Assembly: GCA_045114745.1 (NCBI GenBank)
Contig: JBGULD010000060.1
Span: forward strand, 676 to 64,675
DNA: 64,000 nucleotides
From: Bacilli bacterium
Lineage (GTDB): Bacteria > Bacillota_I > Bacilli_A > RFN20 > CAG-826
Direction: 5' to 3'
In this document: positions 29,910-41,014 of the stretch, piece by piece
Layout of the letters: the number at the start of each line of letters is the position of its first letter
Numbering within the stretch: the first letter of the stretch is position 1
The notes under the pieces: generated by a model
What the model saw: only the letters and a program-made list of their open reading frames with translations
What the model was told of the DNA's origin: nothing
Databases searched by the model: none
Position numbers and translations under genes: made by a program

Positions 29910-31979
29910 CTAATGTGTAAATGTGATGTTCTTCGCTTCAAATGCGGTATTAAATGACATAATACCTGGATATGATGGAAGAGCGCTATCTAAAGCACCA
30001 TTCGCGGAGAACACTAATTCATCATTAACATATAATGTTACATTACCATCAGTGTTAACTAATTTAAGTTTCGCACTATTAGTGCCTGTATAACTTAGTC
30101 CTTCGATTTGTGATGATAAATGTTCAGTTCCCCAGTGATAATTCCAACCGGTATTTGGTGAGTAGTTTTCACCGAAGACATAACCAACTTGGCGATTGGA
30201 TAATTGAGCATACATTTCTATATAATAGAACAATACTTTTTCACCGTTTTTCACAACGATACCCATCTTTGGATAGGAGTCACCATGTTTAATCGCTTGT
30301 GCGGTAAATGATAATTCGAATGTGAAATTGGAGAAACCATCTGTGGTTTTCACGAATGCATATTGGTCACTATCACCGTTTGTGCTCACAGTGCCTTCAT
30401 CATCATGAGATAAATCATAACCACGTGATGTTTCTAAAACACCAGCTTGACCAAATAATGTGCCATCGGTGTAAGAATAACCAAGGGCTTGAGAAATGAG
30501 TTTGGTGAAGATGTTATATCCCATTTCGTTAAGGTGTAAACCATCGGTAATAAACATACTTCTATCGTGGTTAATCTTAGCGTTCAAATCGATGACATTT
30601 AAATAATCTAATGTCGCCGCATATGTCTTTAAATTTTCATTAACATAGTTATATGCTGTTGCATATTCATTAACTCCGTTTTTCATAGCGGCGGAGAAAT
30701 AGTTATTACAAATTGTGGTCCAATAAATTTCCACACTTGGTAATTCGGTGCGCAATTTACTTATTAATGCTTGGATAGAATGGAATGTTGTTTCACCAGA
30801 CTTATCACCAGCATGAATATCATTAACACCAAGATTAATGACTAGTTTTTGTGGATGGCGCAAGCTGATTCTATCGAAATAACCCAAGTAGTTGTTATAC
30901 CATTCACTGACTTTGGATCCGCTGATACCAGAACCATAAAATTCATTTCCAACAAAGTTGCTATTTAAAGTTCTATAGAACTGACTATCAGTATAACTAT
31001 CGCCTAAAAGAATTGTATTGACATCTCTGACATGCATTGAACCATCTTCATTAACTAACCAATGGGTCCAAGCATTTCTTCTTTGAGCATATAAATAATC
31101 GGATTCAGCGTAATTAGTGATTGATGCTGTATCAGTATTTCTCATCGCTAAATATAAAGATAAATTGTTAATCGCTGATGCTTTATTCATGGAGAATAAA
31201 TCATATGGCACATTAATTGTGGCGGTATATCCTCTATATTCATCAACTTCAATTGTTCTAATTGTATTAGTTGCGGTAATACCAGTTGTGGTAATTGCAT
31301 CAGAATAAACGAAACTGCCTTTATATCCGTCTTGTGAATAATCAAAGGTTCTTACTTCGTAATTCACTCCTGGAACCACCATCACTTTATAGGTTTCATT
31401 TTGTAGTAAACCCACGGTTTGATGGCTAATTGGTGAAACGAATAGTTCCACATTATCATTCATACCATTTAAAGATCCATCGCCGTTGGTAAAGGAATTA
31501 TAGATGGTCTTATCTTTCACATTTAATGTGACGGATAAAACAGTGTCCTTATATTCCACAGCGATATAGGCTTTTGCGCTGGATAAACCGTTATTGGATT
31601 CCAAAACAAATAAACCTTCTGGGGTAATTTCTGTTTGTTCCCATTTCGCGTATAATGTCATATCTTTTGTGACATTCATTGGGAAACTAGCTTTGGTTAA
31701 GAATGATGCATTTCTATACCAAGCCACAAAATCATAACCCTCTCTTGTTGTTACTGGTGCGGTTTCAATACGAGTGACACCCACCATGTCCGCAACAGGC
31801 GTGCCACCATTGGTTTCAAACCTCACTGTATAACCCTCGGTTTCACTGCTAGTGGGTGTGGATGAACCTTCCTCTGAAGTTTCCTCACTAGATGTGGGGT
31901 TAGAATTCGGCTTTTTATTACAAGCCGAGATGCCTAACGCTAATAAAGCGCTAAGAAGTAAAATGGTCGTTTTTTTCAT
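29910..31979 (-). CDS. Lipoprotein: Listeria-Bacteroides repeat + CBM9-like + SGNH/GDSL esterase + YPKxGI jelly-roll
   Basis: Lipobox ISAC; YTVRFETNGGT..EGYDFVAWYRN..MTLYAKW; SGNH blocks LLGDSYTD, GISGSK, NLGVNDI, DGLHLN; C-terminal SYPKMGIVVKNGEKVLFYYIE. Confidence 0.75.
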   Translation of the reverse strand: MKKTTILLLSALLALGISACNKKPNSNPTSSEETSEEGSSTPTSSETEGYTVRFETNGGTPVADMVGVTRIETAPVTTREGYDFVAWYRNASFLTKASFPMNVTKDMTLYAKWEQTEITPEGLFVLESNNGLSSAKAYIAVEYKDTVLSVTLNVKDKTIYNSFTNGDGSLNGMNDNVELFVSPISHQTVGLLQNETYKVMVVPGVNYEVRTFDYSQDGYKGSFVYSDAITTTGITATNTIRTIEVDEYRGYTATINVPYDLFSMNKASAINNLSLYLAMRNTDTASITNYAESDYLYAQRRNAWTHWLVNEDGSMHVRDVNTILLGDSYTDSQFYRTLNSNFVGNEFYGSGISGSKVSEWYNNYLGYFDRISLRHPQKLVINLGVNDIHAGDKSGETTFHSIQALISKLRTELPSVEIYWTTICNNYFSAAMKNGVNEYATAYNYVNENLKTYAATLDYLNVIDLNAKINHDRSMFITDGLHLNEMGYNIFTKLISQALGYSYTDGTLFGQAGVLETSRGYDLSHDDEGTVSTNGDSDQYAFVKTTDGFSNFTFELSFTAQAIKHGDSYPKMGIVVKNGEKVLFYYIEMYAQLSNRQVGYVFGENYSPNTGWNYHWGTEHLSSQIEGLSYTGTNSAKLKLVNTDGNVTLYVNDELVFSANGALDSALPSYPGIMSFNTAFEAKNITFTH

Positions 31980-31986
31980 AAAGTAA

Positions 31987-32895
31987 TCACCTCTTTACAA
32001 CCTTTATTCTTTCTTTATCTAAAGATATTTCACAAATTCTTGCGGTCCTTTGGTCACCTTCTCTTTGATTTGGACCATAATCTCTTCCGTGATAGATGAC
32101 ATATAATTTGCCATTCACTTCTAATACGGAATGATGACCAGTTCCCTCTTCAAATTCATTCTTACAAATGAGGGGGTAATATGTATTTTCATCAGGATAT
32201 TTTTGGAATTTAATTTTGGTTAAATCATCTTCTTTGCTATATGCATAAGCATAACCAATATAATATTTTTCATTTTGGTAGCAGTTTCCGGAATACATAA
32301 GATAGTGATAATCACCTTTTCTTAAATAGAAAGCTCCTTCTATAGTGTGCCAGTGTTGACCCATTTTAAAACGATCTTTCATAAATATCTCTTCATCTAA
32401 TGTCGCTCTCACCATAACCTTTGGTTGCCCCACCATCTCTGTGGGTGAAACCATCTTATCGACAACAATGAGAGTGCCCGCTCTGACTGCTTCATAATCA
32501 TTCGTACTATAAAACATGAATAAATTTTTTCCACTTCTCACGACATGTGGGTCGATAGAAAATGGAGGGGTTAAGAATGTAATAAACTCAAACGGTCCTC
32601 TTGGAGAGTTGCTCTTTGCCACTTGGATCTTTTGTAGGTGGCAATCATCTTCATTTTCCGGCATCGAAGAAACATATAAGTAATATGTTCCATCAATTTC
32701 TATCGCACATGGTGCCCAATATTCTTTTTCGCCCTTCTTGCTATAACAAATGCCCAAATATTCCCAGTCAAAGAAATTTTCACTATAAAAGACTTTCGCG
32801 CCTTCTTTATCAGTCGCGTACATGTAATAGCCATCTTTGCCTTTAATGACATAAGGATCGGCTTCAGAATACTGTTTTGGGATATTTAATTTCAT
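31987..32895 (-). CDS. Cytoplasmic GH43-family glycoside hydrolase
   Basis: 302 aa, no signal peptide; ADPYVIKGKDGYYMYAT, YWAPCAIEIDGTYYLY, SIDPHVV, TIEGAFYLRKGDYHYLMYSG. Ends in TGA. Confidence 0.8.
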   Translation of the reverse strand: MKLNIPKQYSEADPYVIKGKDGYYMYATDKEGAKVFYSENFFDWEYLGICYSKKGEKEYWAPCAIEIDGTYYLYVSSMPENEDDCHLQKIQVAKSNSPRGPFEFITFLTPPFSIDPHVVRSGKNLFMFYSTNDYEAVRAGTLIVVDKMVSPTEMVGQPKVMVRATLDEEIFMKDRFKMGQHWHTIEGAFYLRKGDYHYLMYSGNCYQNEKYYIGYAYAYSKEDDLTKIKFQKYPDENTYYPLICKNEFEEGTGHHSVLEVNGKLYVIYHGRDYGPNQREGDQRTARICEISLDKERIKVVKR

Positions 32896-34277
32896 TAGAT
32901 AATCGCCTCTTCAGTTATCGCATCAAAGAGATGAATCTTCTTCTCTTCAATATATAAATCCATTGGTTTTTTGCTATCGATTAATTCATCGGAAATAATC
33001 TTGCTCACCACTTCAGTATCACCATAGGTGAAGTGAATATAATATGAATCACCTAACAATTCAGAGAATTTAATCTTTGGTTTAAAGGAAGATTCATTCT
33101 TACCTTGTTTGATATTCTCTGGTCTAATACCGAGGATGATATCAAATTCATAACCACTATCTTCGTTAATCTTCTTGGCTTCTTCTAAAGCTCTTTGATA
33201 TCTCAATAATTCATCATCATTATCGATATCGATAAGTTTTGGTTTTCTAAAGATATGTTTCTTCTTTAAAATCTTTTGATTTTCTTCTTCTAAACGATTT
33301 CTCAAAGAATCGATACGGCTTTCGAGTTTAGAAATACTATTTTTGTAGTATTCTTCAACTTCTTTTTGTATTTGCTTATCGAGTTTAATCTTTTCTTTAT
33401 CTTTTAAGATAATCTCTCCTTTGACGTATCTACCAGAAATAAAGTTCATCGCTGGAGAACCAATAAAGGAAGCCACAAATTTATTAATCGGATGACGATA
33501 GATTTCTATCGGTGTTCCAATTTGTTGAATATATCCATCTTTCATGACGACAATACGGTCCGCCATGGTCATAGCTTCGACTTGGTCATGCGTGACATAT
33601 ATAGTTGTGGTCTTTAATCTATTATGTAAACTAATAATCTCACTTCTCATTTGGACACGTAATTTTGCGTCTAAATTAGATAATGGTTCATCCATCAAGA
33701 AGACTTGTGCGTCTCTCACTATCGCTCTTCCTAGCGCAACACGTTGTCTTTGACCGCCAGAGAGGGCTTTTGGCTTACGGTTGAGTAAATCCATGATGCC
33801 CAAGATTTCAGCGGTCCTTTTGACTCTTTGGTCAATTTCTTCCTTTGGAACATGATGAACTTTTAAAGAAAATCCAATATTGTCATAGACAGTCATATTT
33901 GGATATAAGGAATAGTTTTGGAAAACCATCGCGATATTTCTATCTTTCGCGGTGATGTCATTGGAATATAAACCATTGATATATAGTTCACCAGATGTGA
34001 TATCTTCAATACCCGCGATCATTCTTAAAGTTGTGGACTTACCACATCCAGATGGACCGACAAAGACGACGAATTCACCTTCTTTAATTTCTAAATTGAA
34101 ATCATAAACCGCGTGAACTCCACCTTCATAGATTTTATTCACATCAATAAGAGCGACATAATTTTCAATTATATCTTCGTCATTTATCTCTTCTTTTTCT
34201 TGGATTTTGCTTTCATCGAGCACTTCTTTCATCTCTTCTTGCACGACTTCCGCTTCTTTTTTCTTTTTGAAAAGCAT
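32895..34277 (-). CDS. MalK/MsmK-type sugar ABC transporter ATPase, 460 aa, with acidic N-terminal extension and C-domain insertion
   Basis: [42 protein letters not shown]; about 40 extra N-terminal residues ([12 protein letters not shown]..); about 85-aa coiled-coil insertion between [10 protein letters not shown] and ILGIRPENI. Confidence 0.9.
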   Translation of the reverse strand: MLFKKKKEAEVVQEEMKEVLDESKIQEKEEINDEDIIENYVALIDVNKIYEGGVHAVYDFNLEIKEGEFVVFVGPSGCGKSTTLRMIAGIEDITSGELYINGLYSNDITAKDRNIAMVFQNYSLYPNMTVYDNIGFSLKVHHVPKEEIDQRVKRTAEILGIMDLLNRKPKALSGGQRQRVALGRAIVRDAQVFLMDEPLSNLDAKLRVQMRSEIISLHNRLKTTTIYVTHDQVEAMTMADRIVVMKDGYIQQIGTPIEIYRHPINKFVASFIGSPAMNFISGRYVKGEIILKDKEKIKLDKQIQKEVEEYYKNSISKLESRIDSLRNRLEEENQKILKKKHIFRKPKLIDIDNDDELLRYQRALEEAKKINEDSGYEFDIILGIRPENIKQGKNESSFKPKIKFSELLGDSYYIHFTYGDTEVVSKIISDELIDSKKPMDLYIEEKKIHLFDAITEEAII

Positions 34278-34291
34278 AAAGTAACCTCCTA

Positions 34292-36121
34292 TTAACTCAC
34301 TATAATAGAAACATTAGAGAATGTTCCTGAATGGTTCATCGTTAAGAACATCGGGTAGGAATCTTCACTACCAAATGCATTATCGTCTTGGGTATAGACT
34401 AATTCATTATCGACATAGAACTTGGTGACATCGTTGATTCTTTCAATCTTGAAGTTGAAGACACGGTCATAAGTTTCACTACCTTGCCACATCGTATCAC
34501 CCCAAACCCAGTTATTCTCACCCATTGGGCCTGCATCACCAGTTAAATGAACGATTTCATAATTATTTTTCTGTGGCTTTGGATCTAATAAGAAAGCGTT
34601 AACTTTGGTACTAGAAATCTCACCAATACCAATTTTTGGATGTAAATCACCTTCTAAATTATTTCCGATATTAATATCAACACTCATTGTGTAATTCTTA
34701 CCACCTTGAGAGAAGATACCATATTGATCTTTGGTGCCGTTTTGTGAATAAACACCCGCGGAATAAATAAAGCCATATGTTGATTTATCGTGGTCTAAAT
34801 ATGGATCATCAATATCGATACGATTAAGAATTGTGGTTTCATCTGTGGTGACCATACATTCTTCAAATATCGCCGAATGGTTCATGGTCATTAAGATTGG
34901 ATAAGATTCATCTCCACCTAACACTAAGGCGTTAGAAGTAAATAGAAGTCCACCATTCATGAAGAAATAGATATCTAAATGATTTCTCACAATTTCTAAA
35001 GTAATTGGCTGAGAATATGTTGTATCACCATACCAACTAATTGGAGCAACATCCCAGCCCCATTCTCCATAACCAATACGATCCACAAGCAAGGCTTCAA
35101 AACAATCCTTATTCGGTCTTGGGTCTAATAACATGACTTTTGTACCTTGATCATTAATTGTGCCAATACCCACTTTTGGATATTGGTCATTCTTTAAGTT
35201 GCTATATAAAGTCACTTTCGCTTTGGCGTAAAACATATCGCCTAAAGTGTTGAAATATGCATATTGGTCTAATAGACCATAGTTAACGATATATGGATGA
35301 GTAGCATCTAATTGATGGTCTAAAATAAATCCTGGTGTTGTTAAGTCAGTATTAAAGACATTATTACCTTGATCTTTAAAGACACGATGGCCCACTTTGA
35401 TGTAGTTTGGTAAGTCGGTAATATCGACTTTGTTATAACTTGACCAGGTGTGGTCATCCGCTTCTAATGAGTTTGTGGTGACCATCGCTGGTAAAATAGC
35501 TAATCCTTTTGGATTATAATCTAAACCTAATGAGGTATACGGGATATAGAATTCATATTCCACACCATCGGAATTAATGTATTCATCATTGAAATATTGA
35601 TCATCACTAGTGATGACTTTGCCATTAATCTTTGTCGCGTATCTAAACGGCACATAATAGAAAGTCCAAGGATATGTTCCTTCTGGAGTTTTCATACCAA
35701 TCCAGGTTTCTCTTCTTAGAAGAGGAGAGACTCTAAATTGCACGCAGTTAGAATAAAGCTGATATTCTTGCACATTCGGATTGATATATAATTCAAAGCT
35801 ATCTTGTTCATACATAGAGACATTGAAGTTCTCATAAATTGTTTTTTCATGAACATAAGCATGGGCTAATAAACCTTTATTGCCAAAGCCAAATCGCACT
35901 TCAGAATATTGTGATTCACCATTCGCATGGTCAATGCGGTAGACATTGTTATTGTCATAAAATGATTCGTTGGCTATGCCATCTAAAACAACATTTGCTT
36001 CCACTTCCGGACCATAGTCATATTCATTTTCTTCGGGATTTGTATAAGAATAGGAACCGCCACTAGAACATGATGGAAGTAGTAACAATAAGGGGAGGAT
36101 TAAAAATAATTTTTTATTCAT
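34292..36121 (-). CDS. Lipoprotein: CBM9-like domain + two YPKxGI jelly-roll modules
   Basis: Lipobox LPSC; [21 protein letters not shown] (CBM9-like); [24 protein letters not shown] and [24 protein letters not shown]. Confidence 0.6.
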   Translation of the reverse strand: MNKKLFLILPLLLLLPSCSSGGSYSYTNPEENEYDYGPEVEANVVLDGIANESFYDNNNVYRIDHANGESQYSEVRFGFGNKGLLAHAYVHEKTIYENFNVSMYEQDSFELYINPNVQEYQLYSNCVQFRVSPLLRRETWIGMKTPEGTYPWTFYYVPFRYATKINGKVITSDDQYFNDEYINSDGVEYEFYIPYTSLGLDYNPKGLAILPAMVTTNSLEADDHTWSSYNKVDITDLPNYIKVGHRVFKDQGNNVFNTDLTTPGFILDHQLDATHPYIVNYGLLDQYAYFNTLGDMFYAKAKVTLYSNLKNDQYPKVGIGTINDQGTKVMLLDPRPNKDCFEALLVDRIGYGEWGWDVAPISWYGDTTYSQPITLEIVRNHLDIYFFMNGGLLFTSNALVLGGDESYPILMTMNHSAIFEECMVTTDETTILNRIDIDDPYLDHDKSTYGFIYSAGVYSQNGTKDQYGIFSQGGKNYTMSVDINIGNNLEGDLHPKIGIGEISSTKVNAFLLDPKPQKNNYEIVHLTGDAGPMGENNWVWGDTMWQGSETYDRVFNFKIERINDVTKFYVDNELVYTQDDNAFGSEDSYPMFLTMNHSGTFSNVSIIVS

Positions 36122-37716
36122 TATTTAGTCCCCTTTCCTAAAACCACTACTTCGCTTAAAGCGAAATCAGTTTTACTAGAAACAGTAATGGTAATTTTCT
36201 TAGTTTCTTTTTCTTCAAATTCGACGATAAATGGACATCCAGGTCTTAGATATTCATCGTCGTATTCTTCTTTGTAATAATCCATATAATTTGGATTCAT
36301 TTTGACATTCTTAGCTTCACCAACACCTTGAATATTGACCGAGTCAATCTTCTTTAAACCGGTGTCATAATCCAAGGAATTATAAATAGCGACCGCAGTG
36401 GCTTTTACTGGTTGTGGAAATTCAATAGTAATCTTATGTTTACCCGCACTATATTTGGCTTGCAAATCAACGTGTTCTTGACGGAATTTATGCATTGGAA
36501 TCTTTCCATCGATTAATAAGGAACCTTCATTCACACTATCGGTTGTTAGTGTTGTGTATCTTGCGACATCATCATAACCACTGACGGAATATGGGAGATG
36601 TTGTAAGGAATATGTTGGACCATTCACAAAGATGGAACCGTCTTCATCAACGATCACTCTATCAAGAGCAAATGCACGAGTGGATGCACCATAAACACGG
36701 TCCAAGTGAGCGTGATAACCAATCATCAATTCATCACCAGCATAGAAGAAACAGTGATGTCCAGTTCCAGACATAAAGTCCCAGTCGGTGGTTTGTTCTT
36801 TGGTATCAACACCTAATAATAGGTTTTCGCATTCATAAGTATATGGTTTGGTGAATTTTCCTAATGGAGAATCACCAACCGCGTAACCAACACCATAAGC
36901 AACATCGGTAAAGATGTTCGCGCTATAAGTGAGGTAATATTTATCTTTAATCTTTAACATAAATGGGGCTTCATTCCAGCTACCACCACTGGTTTTTCTT
37001 TCCCATTTAACATCGTAACCACTCGCATCTGTTGTGACTTTGCCTGGTTCGCTTAACAAAGTTAAAGAAGACATAAGTGGAGTGACAGGGTCAAGCATCT
37101 TCACACCATAGACAGTGGAAGTACGATTGACTTGGTCTTTGGTGAAATATAAATATAATGTTCCATCATCATCTAAGAATGGATCAGCGTCGATAACTGG
37201 GAAACCAAATTCAAAGATTTCATCGTTTCTAGTTAATAAATCACCATAATAATTTGTTCCTTCATATTCATGGAAAGGACCATATGGTTTTTCACTAACA
37301 GCGACAGAAATACCTTTTCTACCGTTTTTTGTGGACCAGTTTTGGCCAGTGTAATACATGTAGTATTTATCACCGATTTTAATGACATTTGGTGCCCATA
37401 ATCCTAAAATCGCCCAAGCGTTTGGATCAGGAACAAAACAAGGACCTAAATTTTCCCAATGATTTAATTGTTTACTACGATAAACATGATAACCACGACA
37501 TCCCATTTTATCTGTGGTCATATACATGTAATAATATCCATCGCTTTCATCATAGACGATAGATGGGTCTGCACATAATGATTCTAAATCGTTTTTGTAC
37601 CAGAGATTTTTGTTATAACCTTTTTCAAAATCAAGTTCATATCCGAAAGAAGCACTACCGGAACATGAAGTTAATAGAAGAGGGAGGGCTAGTAATAACG
37701 AGAGTTTCTTTTTCAT
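36121..37716 (-). CDS. GH43-family lipoprotein with C-terminal beta-sandwich (CBM-like) domain
   Basis: Lipobox LTSC; CADPSIVYDESDGYYYMYMTTD, LWAPNVIKIGDKYYMYYTG, VIDADPFLDDDGTLYLYF, WNEAPFMLKIKDKYYLTYSA. Confidence 0.85.
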   Translation of the reverse strand: MKKKLSLLLALPLLLTSCSGSASFGYELDFEKGYNKNLWYKNDLESLCADPSIVYDESDGYYYMYMTTDKMGCRGYHVYRSKQLNHWENLGPCFVPDPNAWAILGLWAPNVIKIGDKYYMYYTGQNWSTKNGRKGISVAVSEKPYGPFHEYEGTNYYGDLLTRNDEIFEFGFPVIDADPFLDDDGTLYLYFTKDQVNRTSTVYGVKMLDPVTPLMSSLTLLSEPGKVTTDASGYDVKWERKTSGGSWNEAPFMLKIKDKYYLTYSANIFTDVAYGVGYAVGDSPLGKFTKPYTYECENLLLGVDTKEQTTDWDFMSGTGHHCFFYAGDELMIGYHAHLDRVYGASTRAFALDRVIVDEDGSIFVNGPTYSLQHLPYSVSGYDDVARYTTLTTDSVNEGSLLIDGKIPMHKFRQEHVDLQAKYSAGKHKITIEFPQPVKATAVAIYNSLDYDTGLKKIDSVNIQGVGEAKNVKMNPNYMDYYKEEYDDEYLRPGCPFIVEFEEKETKKITITVSSKTDFALSEVVVLGKGTK

Positions 37717-37727
37717 ATGGGATTCTC

Positions 37728-38630
37728 CTATTTAAGTCCACTATTGGTGAGACCTTTAACGAAGTATTTTTGGGCGAACAAGAAGATCAATATTGTCGGC
37801 AATAATGAAACAACCGTCGCGGCCAAAAACATTTGGTTATCACCACTATTGGTTTGTTGTGTATAGATGAGATGTAAAGCAGTTTGTAATGTATATAAGT
37901 TCGAATCTTGTAAGTAGAGTAAAGGACCTAAGTAGTCGTTATATCCACCGACAAATCCTAATAACCCTTGAGAAATAAGCGCAGGTCCACTAAGTGGAAC
38001 GATAATCTTCCAGAAGATTCTAAAATGACCAATCCCATCGAGTTTCGCGGCTTCAATATAGTCATCAGGAATGGCCATGAATGATTGTCTTAAGAAGAAG
38101 ACGCACATCGCCGCACCAAAGGAACCCGGAACGATTAATGGGAAGAAGGTATTGATAAGTCCTAAACGATTATAGATGATGAAACTTGGAACGAATAATA
38201 AGGCTCCAGGAACCATCATGGTCATTAATAAGATGAAGAATAAGACATTTCTACCTTTGAATTTAATCTTCGCAAATGCATAAGCGGAAAATGCGGAAAC
38301 AAATAAACCCATCAATGTGGAAGGAATAGTAATGATTAAGGTATTCATTAAACCGGTTAATAGATATGGAACACCGGAATTTGGATCAACCGCAACCACA
38401 GAGGTGAATAATCCAGCATAGCCTTGGAAAGAGAATCCTTCAAAGCCGATGGAATAGGAACCACCTTTTGTGATAGAGGCAATGACCATGATGACAAATG
38501 GATAGATAACCACAACGCTTAAAAGCAATAAGACGGCATAGGAAATAATACGTGTCCAAATGAGCTCCGTCTTATTTGTCTTCGCTGTACGCGAATTGAG
38601 ATTTTGTCTTTTTACATATTCAACACGCAT
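37728..38630 (-). CDS. Carbohydrate ABC transporter permease (MalG-like)
   Basis: 300 aa, multi-TM, EAA loop EAAKLDGIGHFRIFWKIIVPL. Confidence 0.9.
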   Translation of the reverse strand: MRVEYVKRQNLNSRTAKTNKTELIWTRIISYAVLLLLSVVVIYPFVIMVIASITKGGSYSIGFEGFSFQGYAGLFTSVVAVDPNSGVPYLLTGLMNTLIITIPSTLMGLFVSAFSAYAFAKIKFKGRNVLFFILLMTMMVPGALLFVPSFIIYNRLGLINTFFPLIVPGSFGAAMCVFFLRQSFMAIPDDYIEAAKLDGIGHFRIFWKIIVPLSGPALISQGLLGFVGGYNDYLGPLLYLQDSNLYTLQTALHLIYTQQTNSGDNQMFLAATVVSLLPTILIFLFAQKYFVKGLTNSGLK

Positions 38631-38631
38631 A

Positions 38632-39573
38632 CTACTTTGTGGTATCTCCTTGTTTACGATTAATCACAAATTGAGTGATAGTCACCACTAAAACGATAAT
38701 TGTTAAGATCCATGATGCCGCACAAGCTAAACCTAAATCTAAATAGTCACTATCCATGTAGTGATATAAATAGAACGCAATTGTGGCATAGGAGTTATTT
38801 GCAGCGTCAAAACTACCCACCAAAGAGAATCTGGTGAAGTCTTGTAAGTTACCGATAATTCCAGTAATCAATAGGAAGAATGTCACTGGCATAATTGATG
38901 GGAAAGTAACATGCCAGAATCTTTGCCAGGCATTGGCCCCGTCAATTTTACTAGCTTCAATAATTCCGGAATCAGAATTAGTTAATGCCGCACAATACAT
39001 GATGACGGAAAAACCAGTTCCACTCCAAACGCCTAAGAAGATCATCAAAGGCATGACAATTCGACTATTGTTTAAAACAATATTATGAATACCGATAGAG
39101 TTTAAGAATAAATTAAGTGGTCCACCATCTTCTAATAAACATACCCACACAAGGCATGAGGCAACGATGGAACACACATAAGGAATAAAGAATAATGCTT
39201 TAAAGAAATTACGACCAAATAACTTGGTGTTAGAAACAATTAAAGCAATGATTAAGCCAAATAGCATGCATAAAGGTGTCACTAAACAGTTTAAGAAAGT
39301 GTTACCCACTGCTTTCCAGAAGATTGGATCTTTTAAAACTGTTTCGAATTTCTTAAATCCGACAAACACAGTATTGGCTAAATCATAAGGAGAACCAATT
39401 CCCCCATAAGTTCTAAATGAGTTAATTGAGGAAATAATAATCGGAAGTATAGAGAAAATCATGAACCCGATTAATGGAATAATCGCAGTTAATAATCCAT
39501 AGATGTTCTCGTATCGACGAGTCGCTCTATTGGATTTATTCTGTTTTTCGTCTTTTACTAACGATAACCTCAT
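38632..39573 (-). CDS. Carbohydrate ABC transporter permease (MalF-like)
   Basis: 313 aa, multi-TM, EAA loop EASKIDGANAWQRFWHVTFP. Confidence 0.9.
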   Translation of the reverse strand: MRLSLVKDEKQNKSNRATRRYENIYGLLTAIIPLIGFMIFSILPIIISSINSFRTYGGIGSPYDLANTVFVGFKKFETVLKDPIFWKAVGNTFLNCLVTPLCMLFGLIIALIVSNTKLFGRNFFKALFFIPYVCSIVASCLVWVCLLEDGGPLNLFLNSIGIHNIVLNNSRIVMPLMIFLGVWSGTGFSVIMYCAALTNSDSGIIEASKIDGANAWQRFWHVTFPSIMPVTFFLLITGIIGNLQDFTRFSLVGSFDAANNSYATIAFYLYHYMDSDYLDLGLACAASWILTIIVLVVTITQFVINRKQGDTTK

Positions 39574-39579
39574 AAATAA

Positions 39580-41013
39580 TTAGTAGTTATTTTTCAAATA
39601 TTCATCCGTGGCAGCTTGGAATTTAGCGAAGAATTCATCAATGGTCATTTTGCCATCTAAGACATCACCATTTAATGTACCAGACCAAATGTCAATCCAT
39701 TTGTTGTCCACTAAATAGGCCCAGTCGCCTTCGGTTTGATACTCAGCGGCTTCGACAAAGATAATGGAGTTCTTTGGTTTTTGATCGGTTTGCAAGAAAG
39801 CTTCGGTCTTGGAAACACTGATTTGGTTTGGAAGGTTGAAACCACTTTCAGCGGTTTTGGTTTGTCCTTCTGGACCCGCTAAGTATTCCATGAATTTGAA
39901 AGAAGCATCTTTCTTATCTTGGCTAATCTTTTTGGAAATACCGAATCCCATAGAACCACTATGACCGGCCAAATGTCCGTTTTCGGCATGTGATAATGGA
40001 GCGACATCCCAGTTGAAGTTACAACCTTTTCTAAATGCTGGGACATGGGCTCTTAAACCGACTAACATCGCGACGTTTTGGTTACGGAAATATGTCGCTT
40101 TTCTAGCGGAGGAAACTGTGGATGGGTTTGGCATCACTTTTTCCACGACTGATAAGTTAACAAAGTGTTCGAATAATTCTCTATTGCTTGGTAATGGGAC
40201 TTCGACATCATTGATAACGGTCTTATGAGGTGTGGTATCGCCTAATGTCCAAATATAATCACCATTTTCATTTTTGCCTAAGCAATCACCACCGACGGAC
40301 CAAACATAGTTGAACCACCACTCGGTGTAATAACCATATTTAGTTGGAGAACTTGGATTGATTGATTTTGTTAATAATTTGGCTAATTCAAGTTCTTCTT
40401 CCACGGTCATGGAAATACGATTGTTGAATGTCATTAAAGCTTTATTAAAGCCATGTTTTTGTTCAGGTGTACAATCCTTTTCAGGAATGGAGATGATATT
40501 GATTCCCGCTTTGGTAAAGGCGTCAACGTTATAGTAAATAACTGTTGGACCGATATCTTTTGGTAAGCAGAAAATCTTTCCCGCTTCTAAACCACTCTTC
40601 TTGGTTTGCGGATCATAACGATATCTATTGAGACCTTCTTCCCAAATATCATCTAAATCGATAATCTTGCTTTGTTCGATATATGGAGTCAAGTCTTCAA
40701 GATAGTCATAGGTCGCCCATCTCTTGATGTCACCATCACCAACATAGAAGATGTCTGGTGTTTTGTTTTGTGACAAAATCTTGTCCATTGTGGAAACATA
40801 GGAATCGGATGGTTTGACTGTGTATTCAACGTAGATGTTTTCTTGGTTTTCGTCGTTATACTTTTTGACCAAGTCTTTGAATACTTCGATTTCTGTTTCA
40901 TCGCCCCAGCCCCAGAACTTAATCTTGTTCTTACCAGCGGCCGGATCCTTCTTACAAGAAGTAATGAGCATCATCGATGCCATAAGAGGAATTAAAAATA
41001 GTTTTGCTTTCAT
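39580..41013 (-). CDS. Sugar ABC transporter substrate-binding lipoprotein
   Basis: Lipobox ITSC; KIKFWGWGDETE..DIFYVGDGD..CLPKDIGP pattern of family-1 binding proteins. Confidence 0.85.
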   Translation of the reverse strand: MKAKLFLIPLMASMMLITSCKKDPAAGKNKIKFWGWGDETEIEVFKDLVKKYNDENQENIYVEYTVKPSDSYVSTMDKILSQNKTPDIFYVGDGDIKRWATYDYLEDLTPYIEQSKIIDLDDIWEEGLNRYRYDPQTKKSGLEAGKIFCLPKDIGPTVIYYNVDAFTKAGINIISIPEKDCTPEQKHGFNKALMTFNNRISMTVEEELELAKLLTKSINPSSPTKYGYYTEWWFNYVWSVGGDCLGKNENGDYIWTLGDTTPHKTVINDVEVPLPSNRELFEHFVNLSVVEKVMPNPSTVSSARKATYFRNQNVAMLVGLRAHVPAFRKGCNFNWDVAPLSHAENGHLAGHSGSMGFGISKKISQDKKDASFKFMEYLAGPEGQTKTAESGFNLPNQISVSKTEAFLQTDQKPKNSIIFVEAAEYQTEGDWAYLVDNKWIDIWSGTLNGDVLDGKMTIDEFFAKFQAATDEYLKNNY

Positions 41014-41014
41014 A

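Noticed and set aside
31970-31976. A7/T7 homopolymer tracts at the 5-prime ends of lipoprotein genes (also 62942-62948) as phase-variation switches
   Set aside because: The tracts simply encode the Lys-Lys or Leu-Phe residues of signal peptides. They are short (7 nt) and are expected by composition in an AT-rich genome.
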